DNA from: Marsupella aquatica
Taxonomy: Eukaryota; Plantae; Marchantiophyta
Direction: 5' to 3'
NCBI GenBank assembly: GCA_973895155.1
Contig: OZ316898.1
Location: 13,980,330-14,044,329 of the forward strand
DNA: 64,000 nucleotides
The notes beneath the pieces were generated by a model. It was not told the DNA's origin, did not search any database, and saw only the letters and a program-made list of their open reading frames with translations. The translations under genes and the position numbers were made by a program. Below are positions 54,539-64,000 of this stretch, piece by piece; within the stretch, counting starts at the first letter, position 1, and each line of letters opens with the position of its first letter.

Positions 54539-55000
54539 TCAGCTCCATAACGGGTCTCCTGGATCTACTCCTGCGATCCAGTGAAACGCCACAACTGGTA
54601 AGTTGAAAACGATGTCTTGATAGGAAAACCCGTCTGGACCCACCCACCATTTGCAATAGCCCGGATCACAATTCACATGAGCGGCCGACGGGGGGTAGAT
54701 AGGGAATGTTTGATGCACTGGACTACCCTGTATAGTGTACACAAAGTGGCAGGATATTTCCTCCACACCTGGATCATCATCAAATAGCAAGAAAGACAAG
54801 GTGTGAAGACTCATGTTCCACCGCGCATAGTCTTCTACAAGACTTCCATCTTGAGCCAAACCTTTACAATGGGCTAGAAAGGCGTCCTCAGTGGAAGCCA
54901 TCAATACTGTACGAACCGAAAGACCACGAGCACATGATAACCAAACACACGCAAGCATAAGGCCCAAAAGAAACCCGGCTCTACCTTCTCTTCTTGCCAT
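54539..55000 (-). CDS. Secreted S-protein-homologue (SPH / self-incompatibility S1)-like protein, 153 aa
   Basis: ATG 55000; signal peptide MARREGRAGFLLGLMLACVWLSCARG. Four-Cys pattern LAHCKG...EISCHF...TFPIY...C-x4-CKWWVGPDGFSY...FHW, resembling SPH proteins. Intronless. Confidence 0.7.
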   Translation of the reverse strand: MARREGRAGFLLGLMLACVWLSCARGLSVRTVLMASTEDAFLAHCKGLAQDGSLVEDYARWNMSLHTLSFLLFDDDPGVEEISCHFVYTIQGSPVHQTFPIYPPSAAHVNCDPGYCKWWVGPDGFSYQDIVFNLPVVAFHWIAGVDPGDPLWS

Positions 55001-55160
55001 GAGGACAAAATGAAACACAGAAAGACTTCTAACAAGAAAGAAAGAAAGACACGGGAGAGAGACGCGAAAAAGCAAAATCGCAAAAGAATCAGGTGGTGGA
55101 TTGAACCGAAGTTCAATTATAGGTTGAAATGAAGCGGAATGGAGACTTGCAGGCGTGAGA

Positions 55161-55388
55161 GAATGGGAGAAAGAACCAGACTCTGCCGATTGAGAAGAAC
55201 CAAGGAATAGGTTGAGCGGGTTGAGATGAATCGATCAGAATGGGAGAAAGAACCAGACGCTGCCGATTCCGAAGAACCAATAAATAGGCTGAGCGGGAGG
55301 TCGAGATGAATCAGAATGGGAGAAAGCTAGAACCAGACGATGCCCTATTGCGAAGAACCAAGGAAGAGATTGAGATGAATCAGAATGG
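55161..55388. repeat. ~76-bp tandem repeat, 3 copies, 160-390 bp upstream of the SPH-like ATG
   Basis: GAATGGGAGAAAG..AACCAGAC..TGCC.ATT..GAAGAACCAA...GAGATGAATC at 55161, 55238 and 55314. Confidence 0.9.
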
Positions 55389-55563
55389 ATGGAGATCGAC
55401 TAGCTAAAATGGGCCGCTAGAGGGCTTCATAGAAGGTCCAAGGGCCGACCAGTCTGCCATTCATCAGTTTGCATTGGCTTTGGGAGTGACAATTCGGCCA
55501 TCAATCCTAGCGGTTGATCGGTTACCGAAGAATAGCTGTCGTATAATATTATAAGGAATTCAA

Positions 55564-58500
55564 CTAGTTTGATGTTGGTGTTCTTAAATACTCTTGCAAA
55601 AACCACATTCTAGTGTAATTGTATTTTCCCCTTGTAATAAGTGGGGTTTTGACAAATCTTTTGTGTTCATATGTGAGTTTATAAACTAACTTAAAGACAT
55701 CAAAATTTTGGCTAGGTACCAGTCTATGAGTTCTAAATGCACAACTGCATATTTTTACTTTGTAGTATTGGTAACGTCGTTCCACATGACATCCAATAGT
55801 CAGACGTCGTTGCCCACGATGTTTTTAGAGTGACACATTGTAGCACGGACGCGCTCTCGAGATGGCTGCATGCTCTATGGACACTCGCAGAATTAAAACT
55901 GTTGCAGATTGTTTACATCCTAGGGTGCAACGTAAACTTAGGTGTTTCAAATGACTTTACTATTTAAAGTCGTCTGTGACATCTTTGATTTAACAAATGT
56001 GGCATTTAGAGTTTTACGTTGTCCTGGAAAACTTACATAATTAGTGTCTTGGAGTGTTACTTTTGTTTATCCACATCCTGCTAGACGAGGTAAGTTATGT
56101 CAAATTGACGGTGTAGTAAATTCGTTTAAAATGACTCGTGCGAGTGAGGAGCGGAACACCATAGGGCAAATGCGGGAAGACAAATATTGGTGCAGGGTCA
56201 ATTGCAAGATTGAGGGGGGCAAAAGGACGCAAAAAGGATTAGCTCAAAAAGGAGAGAAAAAGGACTCAAAGATCATAAAGATTTAGTTTAACACAACTTC
56301 CAAAAAGGTTGGACACACTTCCGAAATTGTTGTGCATGCTTACAAGAAGATTGAGATTTCCTAAAATCCTGGACACACTTCCAAAGACTTGGCATGCAAG
56401 ATCTCACCTTCCAATCTCAACTAACTAATCCTAGCCATTTTAGTTGTAACACCTTGTCCACCCCTTGTAAATTGGGAAGGACTGGAATCCTTTTGATGGA
56501 GAAATTGGAGATCATTTTTGCCCCCCTGAAGCTTGCAATTGACCGCAGTCGCTCCGCCACCAGTGCCAGTAGAACCGCCCTTACCACCACTCCCCAGTGA
56601 CATATATAGAGTTGGACCTGGATGTGAATTGGAGGCTGATATGGTAGTAGGTGTTGATTCACAGAGGCAGCCTACAACCTCACCACGATCCACTGTGAAT
56701 GTGGCAAACAGAGCAGCTGCTAGCAACCACACTATTCAGGAGAGGGCACCTGTGGAGAGGAATGCATCAAATGCCTTACCTCATCGAGAGATTGAGCGTC
56801 GCAGAGGGAAGAGACACTGTTGTAGGTCTACTTCCCCCTTTAGGAGTAGACGGCAGAGGAGGAAGAGGCGTTCACCTTCTATTGACAGCGATAGTGGTGA
56901 TGACAAGAGGCACAACAGTAGCAGGTCCCATCGCTATATACAGATGGCAACATACGAGTCATTCTCATGAGCGACGCCATGCATTCACCTTCTCGACATC
57001 ATCGTCATGCTGCAGTGGAGTCAGGTCATGTAGCTCCCCCAGGCCAATTTGTTGCTCCAGCTACAGCAGATCAGCGGCCCAACATACAATTGGAGGGCAA
57101 TGTTGAAGTCCCCATTGCCATGGACGAGGCTGGGCTGACAAAAAAGGATCCAGGCATGTATCTGACACGTATCACTGCCCTGAATGGACCACTTGGAAAG
57201 AGTTGGTGAAAGATGAACCTCGATGGCAGGCCTTGATCAATGATGTCCAAGGGGCCTTTCTGAATGGACAAGAGATAGACTACAGATGATACAAGGTTCA
57301 TGAGCTCTTCAACAAACAGACCGGGCAATACAAAAAACCATTTGGATTGAGCGAGACAAGCTAGCTTCCAAAAGATCCTGGCCAAGATCAATGCTCCCCC
57401 TGACACTCCCATAGGAAGGAGCGTGTGAATGGCTTAGGCTGCTACTGCAAAGCGCATGAGCCAGCCCACCCAATGAGTGACTAACTTCTGGGGACAAGGG
57501 GGGTACCAAGCCTTCCTCACAAAGTATGTAAGTGTCGCCCACAACCCTCCCCCTGGGCCCTCACTCCATGTAAAAGAAGTGGACCCCCTACAATCGGGCC
57601 CTTTTCATGTTTACCCCAGGTTATTATTTCCATTTTACCATTAAAAGTTTCCTTATTACCAATAATAATTATAATTATTAGTTCAAAATGAAGAAAAACT
57701 ACCCTTCTAGCATTCGCACGTCCTCCACGTATTAGTTAAGACTGAGGGCCCAGGGAACCCTCCTTGCGTGAAATTGCCGATCACCTCAGTCTCCTTTCAG
57801 CCGCTGCAGTGCACTCATAACATTAACGTTGTTGTGATAGTAGGAATGTCGTGTGGTACATCTCACAATTCTATTTATGTAGTGTAACACTACTTTAATC
57901 GATCTGATTAACGATGTTTTGACGTCGTTCCTGGTTTTTACTTGGTATTAAGAGGTGAGAAATGATGTTAATGGAGGGTTAACAAAGTTCCACACGACGT
58001 TAATGTTTTTTGTGTATAGAAACGCAACTTGTATGACGCAAACTCCAAGCGGACCGAGCAAGAGCGCCTTTTTGCCAAAAGAGATGTGCCCCGACATTGA
58101 TTTGTGGGCCCAGTACAGCAGCAGAGGTCGGAGCTGGGTCGGACAGAGCCACCCCTAGGACTCAGAGGGAGTTGAACCACGGCAACACAGACGTAGGGAC
58201 GAGGGTAGGGCAGGTAGCACAAGTACTTTGCGTTCATCGCAACAAACTCGTAGCCACAGGTAGATGAGTTTAGTGTTAGGCCCTCCTAGTGAAGGCCTGC
58301 CCGATGTACTTTTTTGTTTAGCAAACAATGAATTTGAAAATATTAACCACAACTTTTTCGGGTATTGTATGTGTACAATGTAAACCCTAAACCAAACCCA
58401 AACTTAATTTTACAATGCCCACACTGACGTAACCACAAATCCCTTAACGCCGCTCCAGGTTTGGTAGCTTATGGAAAGACGTCCCAAACATGTAATTCAT

Positions 58501-59222
58501 ACATTCTGTTACATCGTCGCACAAATGGTTAACATCAAAATACGTCATGGATGGTATTTGGGAACATCTCACCTTGTACGTCTTACAACACGTAGTAAGT
58601 AAATATACAATCATCCCTTCCTATGTCTATGCTTACCACGTCCCTGGCATGGTGTTCTGACCCACACTGCCAAGACTATATGAGACTGTTCTACGATGTG
58701 TGGTACGACTTAACTACTTACCTTGACTCAGACGACTTTAAGTAGAACGTCGCTTAAATACACGCTGCAAATAACAGACCCCTTTTTACCTCCTATGCCA
58801 CGACATAGAATCCCGTGATGTGCAACCCGCAAAAATAAGCATGAAATTACGACGCTCAATAGGTCATGAAAAGCCTTCAAAATGTAGTTGTGATGGGTAA
58901 TGATGGATGGCATGGATGCATGCACTCTATTTACAATATGAAATGAAACACACCTAAAAACCAAGTTTACTCATTAGTTTTTCCTCCCTGAAGTTTTACT
59001 ACTTCTTAATCTCCTACATACATTTGAAATAATTAATATTCCCTATCATTTAATGTGGACGTGTCTCATTTACATACTTTACATTACCCCCCTGCCTCCC
59101 CTTCGTCCCCCCCCCCCCCCCTTCTCCCCCCTCTTTAGCTAGTGTTGGCATAGTAGTGCAAAGGGTCCCTAAGTAAGTGGGAGTTTTATCAACATGGGAA
59201 TGTGTCCATTTTGCCTTGTGAC
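55564..59222 (+). mobile_element. MITE-like host repeat split into 55564-55739 and 58893-59222 by the CACTA-like insertion
   Basis: Both halves are colinear with the reverse complement of 63098-63636. Confidence 0.75.
55740..58892 (+). mobile_element. Non-autonomous CACTA/En-Spm-like DNA transposon with CACAA termini (3153 bp)
   Basis: Left end CACAACTGCAT, right end ATGTAGTTGTG. 3-bp TSD ATG (55737-55739 and 58893-58895). ACGTCG/ACGAC subterminal motifs in both orientations. Decayed internal ORF at 56533-57330. Confidence 0.8.
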
Positions 59223-59438
59223 ACTTACTCAGGGAATGTGGCATATTGATAGGTCCCACCAAATGAATTAACGGCTCGTGAGCGGGTAAAGTAGTAATTG
59301 GACAAGTACTGCAGGGCAGTGGCAGATTGACATATATTAGGTGCAACCAATTTGTTTTTGGTTGGTTAACTATATATAACATTGCCAGATTAATTACAAG
59401 CACAATGTGCCAATCAAAATGTGCCAAACCCTATACTA

Positions 59439-59486
59439 AGACAGGATCCCAAAGACCCAATGAACGGGAGAAGCAAGGAAAACAAG
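59439..59486 (+). repeat. Third copy of the AGACAGGATCCC dispersed repeat
   Basis: AGACAGGATCCCAAAGACCCAATGAACGGGAGAAGCAAGGAAAACAAG, inverted relative to the copies at 1341 and 26931. Confidence 0.5.
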
Positions 59487-61508
59487 TACTTAGAAAACGA
59501 AACTTGTACAAAAAATCCTGAGAGTCCCTTACAACTGCGCACTAAAAAACGAAGGCACCTTTGAAAGCGAAACTAAAAAGTCTGGTAATTATTTCATTGG
59601 GGTAAATCGCATAATTGTGAGGGTCACCTAGAGAGTTTTGTCTATAGATCCCTAGCCTAAAACCAACAGTCTGTACTCAATTAAGAGTAGTACGTGAATG
59701 TCTGAGCCCTATAGTGCAGAGAAACCCTGTCTAAAGCATGTCCTGATGACCAAACTGATAATAAATCTAAGTTTTCTCTCTACACCTGCAAGACACCCAG
59801 GACTGAAGGGTCAAAGATAGGATGCCTTGGACTGATCCTGGGTAAGCACCTCTTGATTAATAGTTACCTGGGGTTCTACATTTTTAAATCAGACTAAAAG
59901 TTGGTGCAATAAAAAGTAAAAATTAAATAATTCTTTATAAGTATGGCCAACCTCTTTTTTCCACTAGTTGGAATTTGTGTTAAAAACCTTTTAAAATTGT
60001 AATGAAATTGGAGCTGGCTGTAGTTTTGGCTCACCTGTAGACCCATGGATAAACATTGGGTAGTCATTCACTGGATTAGTAGAATTTTCAGTCATGTCGG
60101 GCTACTACTAATTAAAAAAACTTTGACTAAAGACTCTCAAAAATTCAATCTTAACAGAAATGTTATCTTTTATATTCAACAAGGTAATTAATAAATCTGT
60201 CAATGCTAGTCATATAATAAAGGGTAGAGTACATTATAAGGGTGTAGTGAGTAGTGATTGGACACATACAGGATAGTGACAGGTCTCGGGCAGATCACCC
60301 AGTCCACCATCCTTGGGTGCAAGCACATCTTATTGTTCCATAGTGGCATGGTATCCTGAATGGTAACCGGACATGGAAAAGGTGGAAGATTGATAGGTCC
60401 TACCAGTTAATCTCATTTGTGTCAAGTAGTAAGTATCAGGACAAGTGTAGGAAGGCCAGATATATGTGGGCTTCCATGCTGGACTTTCACCTTAATATGT
60501 AGTCTTAACTGAAATTCTGTGTCGGCGTAATTCTTGTGGGCGTAAGACAGTACTGTGTGCACAGACGGCCTTAGCTAGTCATAGTCAGCAGTCAGTGATA
60601 GCTTATCATGATAAGGCTTTGAAGCTGCTTGTGGTTACAGTCATTATCCAGTCGTTAATCCACAACAAGGGTCACGGTGGAATGGGTTATTCCGCTTTAG
60701 GCATTTAAGGTTCGATTCCTCATCCCTTCAGCTCATAAGTCATTCGGTATTTGCATTGGCCTCTGAAGCACTAGCTAGCTGTGGGGAGCAATCGTACTTC
60801 GGTCAATTCGTCTGCTTTTGGAAGGTATCACTTCGGTTGAGTAGCTATTGGGGAAACGATTCGTCTGGTTTTGGTAAGTACCCTTTCTTAGTTTTATTAG
60901 TCAATTAACTATACGTGCACGCGTTTAGTACCATCGATGTAGTGAAGCTTGATGCATCGTTTGTATGTAGTCACCTTCTCAAGATCGATGCTGAGTGTAT
61001 TTCTTTGCTAGCTCTTGTTCATAGATACCTGGCTTGGAACTAAATATCAAGATAGTTACTATAGGCTCTTGGATGTAGATGTTGCAGGCATTCGATTTTA
61101 CAATACTTTTGCATTCAGGTGTTCTTGCCAAGTTCGTGTATTATTGCCATGTGTTACCTCAGTTCCCCAAATTCAATTTACCGGCCACACTTTAGTTTAT
61201 TAAGCTTGTTCATTCCCCAGACGGTTCATAACTGATCTTGAGTTGCATGGGGATCACCAGTTAGATTAATCTTTTCCTCTAATATAGGTTGATGGGTCAG
61301 TGGAGGGGTTCGGAGTACTTACGTTTTCTGCTCAATGATCGCTTGAATTTGCAGGATTCTTACAAATCTCTGATTTCTTAACTTGATTTTGCAGGGAATC
61401 TAACAAGTCTACGGGATTATGCTCAGCTAAGGTCGGATCCATTCTTTAGCTTTGATCTTTAATTACCGTATCTGAGCTGCAGGAAGAAATATAACTGATC
61501 CAGGGAAC

Positions 61509-61955
61509 ATGAATTTCCAAGAGAAAGTAGCCTCAGGATGCAGGAAAATCTTGGAGGCTGCTCTTAGTATTGGGAGGCGATCAGGTTCGTCATCATCAAC
61601 TTTCAATGGACAAGAATACGAAAGACTGCTAAACTCTGAGGAGAATGAAGAAGAACCAAATATGAGCACCAAGCTCAGCCCAGGTGGCTTTCGAAAAGTT
61701 CCCAAGAAAGCCCCGAAAGGGCATTTGCCTGTCTATGTAGGCCAAGAGAGGAAGAGATTCGTGGTGAGGATAGACTGCTTGAGCCATCCTTTATTCAAGG
61801 ATCTCCTGGATAACAAGCAGTACCTGGATCACCGGACTTTAGATAAGTTTGAAAAGGTTGGAGGCCTTGAAATAGAGTGTGAACCGGATGTATTTGAGCA
61901 ACTGCTAGGGGTGATGGACAGTGAGCGGACTAGCAGTAAGAGAAATCGCCGATAG
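61509..61955 (+). CDS. SAUR: SAUR (small auxin-up RNA) family protein, 148 aa
   Basis: PKGHLPVYVGQERKRFVVRIDCLSHPLFKDLL...GGLEIECEPDVFEQLL. Intronless CDS; probable 5'-UTR intron. Confidence 0.9.
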   Translation: MNFQEKVASGCRKILEAALSIGRRSGSSSSTFNGQEYERLLNSEENEEEPNMSTKLSPGGFRKVPKKAPKGHLPVYVGQERKRFVVRIDCLSHPLFKDLLDNKQYLDHRTLDKFEKVGGLEIECEPDVFEQLLGVMDSERTSSKRNRR

Positions 61956-62676
61956 GAAATCAGAACTTCGTCTCTCATTGATCGAGAGGGAACTATTCGG
62001 GTGGAGACTCTAAGCGCACATCTAGCTTGTGTTTGTCTAAGAAACCCCCAAAAGGGAAGAGACGTAGCACTAGCTAGGTTCAATGGAAACAAGAAGAATC
62101 GATCCTTTATTCTGAATATCTATAAACAAACTTATGTGCACTCCAAGGAACAAAAATTAATAGTTTTATGTAGTCCTTGTTTTACCTTCGCGCTGATGAA
62201 CATAATGCCTGGGGCAGACTATTAGCATGATGCTGAGGTTTCTCTTGTCAATTAATATAATAGCAGGTTACCTATCATGATCTGTATCACACTCTTCATA
62301 TATAGGGGATGATTATACAAATTAACCAAGATGCATGGTCTTTTAGCTTTTGTCAATATCATTTAGAAAAACTGTGATGACATCCAAGAATGTGCTTCCA
62401 AATATCCAAAGTGCCGCAACCAAGGTGAGAATGGATAATATAAATGTCTAATGTCTGACTACTGACAGCCGCAAAATGTATCTTAACAGTCCAGTCTAAA
62501 TTTGTTTTTGTCTGCCCTAACCAGCATTGTATATACCTGTGAGTTTTCTGGAATATACCCACTTTGATGGGAAAGCCCTGCACGTTTTGGTAATGACACA
62601 GATTTTGCTACTCGATCGAAGTCTCTTCAGCTGATAGAGGGAATTAACTCCATGCATTCATCATCTTTCTAAGTAT

Positions 62677-62870
62677 GCTTCTCCATCAGGTCAGCCATAA
62701 GCTCCACGATGGTTAATTGGCTATTCTCATGATGGTCAGTCAAAGTTAATGCATAGTAATTAGGCGAGAAGTGAGCTTCTCCATCAGGTCAGCCATAAGC
62801 TCCAGGATGGTTATGGCTATTGTCATGGTGGTCAGTCAAAGTTACTGCATAGCAATTAGGCGGGTAAGCG
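62677..62870. repeat. 98-bp tandem duplication downstream of SAUR
   Basis: GCTTCTCCATCAGGTCAGCCATAAGCTCCA.GATGGTTA...GGTCAGTCAAAGTTA.TGCATAG.AATTAGGCG occurs twice. Confidence 0.9.
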
Positions 62871-63097
62871 GTTGTTGAGCTGAAAAAAACCTTTCAGTCC
62901 TCTTTTTCTCTAGTAAGTTCCCTTCAATACCGATGCTGCAATAGAAGCGTGAATGTATTTTAGGTCTATGTATTGGTGTCCTAGTGGGTGCAGTAAGATG
63001 GGCATCTCAAGATAATCTTCATCATCGGATTCTTGAGGACATCAGAATACAAAATTATCTCCAGGTAGAATAATTCTACAATATCTGGATCATATCA

Positions 63098-63713
63098 TGA
63101 CACAAGGCAGAATGGAGACACTCCCATGTTGGTAAAACTCCCACTAGCTAGGGAACCTTTTCCATAGCATGCTAACACTAAATTAGTAGGGAAAAGCTGC
63201 AAAGTGTGTAAAGTGAACACTGTCCCAAATTATATGATACGGAATATTCCCCACTTTAAATGTAGGAACTTAACAAGTAGGAAAAACTTCAAGGAGAAAT
63301 CACTAATTATGAAGATAAGTATAATTGTTTTTACTAAGACTCAGGCTTTGATTTTATTTGTGTGCATTTTTATTTTGTAGATAGAGTGCATGCATCCATG
63401 CCATGCATCACTAGCCATTTTGAACTCATTGACACTGTTTGGAATCCCCAAATTGATGCTCTGGTCAACGATTATGGGCTTTTTTTTGTAAAAAAGTTTG
63501 CAAACCCCATGAACACAAGAGATATATGACAAACCTCAAGCAAACCCCACTTATTACAATTAAGGGGAACACACAAGGCCTCTAGGGTTGTTTTTTTGGT
63601 TGTAAATAGGGCTTCGGAACACCAACAATAAACTAGGTAAAAGCCCTGGCACATAAGGTAGAATAAATTTGATTTCCTACCCAGGGACATGACAATTTTG
63701 CCGTGTGTGACAC
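63098..63713 (-). mobile_element. Uninterrupted copy of the MITE-like repeat (~610 bp, imperfect TIRs)
   Basis: Reverse complement matches 55564-55739 plus 58893-59222. The ends ACACAAGGCAGAAT and ATTTTGCCGTGTGTGACAC are imperfect inverted repeats. Confidence 0.7.
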
Positions 63714-64000
63714 TAATGACTTCCATTGCAGAAGTTTCATCAACTCAACTTTGCTTGAACTCATACATTAGATTTAGGAATCCTACCTGTGTAGTATATA
63801 TAAGTATTATTGCCTGCATATCGAACAGCTGAAGAAGATAGTCTTTAAGAGCCCTTGCAATGAACCTTCTTCACAAAAAGGTTTTAAGAATTCTGGAATG
63901 TATGAATGGAAAAGCAAATGTGCATGATTGCGACATGTGGGTATGCTCAATCATATGTTTCTAAGCATTTGTGCAAATCTTACTAAGTTGGTGACTTTAG

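Noticed and set aside
56800-56900. Viral core-protein-like Arg-rich RRSPS tail (endogenous virus)
   Set aside because: Generic low-complexity similarity only; it lies inside a TIR/TSD-bounded DNA transposon with no viral hallmark genes.
60670-60726. tRNA gene (GGTTCGATTCC B-box)
   Set aside because: No convincing A-box, acceptor stem or cloverleaf.
55564-63636. One large Pack-MULE or fold-back element carrying SAUR between long TIRs
   Set aside because: No outer TSD. The 63098-63713 copy has its own imperfect TIRs, so two independent MITE-like insertions are the simpler explanation.

Overview
Eukaryotic land-plant nuclear DNA. Gene content, intron style and long G-rich 5' leaders suggest a bryophyte, probably a liverwort, but this is inference. 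Apparently intact genes: an intronless 771-aa membrane-anchored protein joining ZCF37-like and At5g23160-like motifs (+); a 9-exon UDP-glucose 4-epimerase (+); a 6-exon NC2alpha/DRAP1 (-); an S-protein-homologue (SPH)-like secreted protein (-); and a SAUR (+). A SWI1/DYAD/AMEIOTIC1-family gene (-) has a clear core, but its 5' exons are unresolved. A CYP85-clan (CYP88/KAO-like) P450 is a pseudogene with many indels. Mobile DNA: a full-length Bianca-type Ty1/copia element (107-bp LTRs, AGTTC TSD, half-tRNA-Ile PBS, ~2-kb leader, broken pol); a truncated older copia end with its LTR; a 3.15-kb CACTA-like element with CACAA ends whose empty site survives in a second copy of its host repeat; several Helitron-type ends, including a unit with a 3'-like end on both sides; and many local tandem duplications. 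No rRNA, intact tRNA or CRISPR array was found. All family assignments come from motifs recognised by eye, not database searches.
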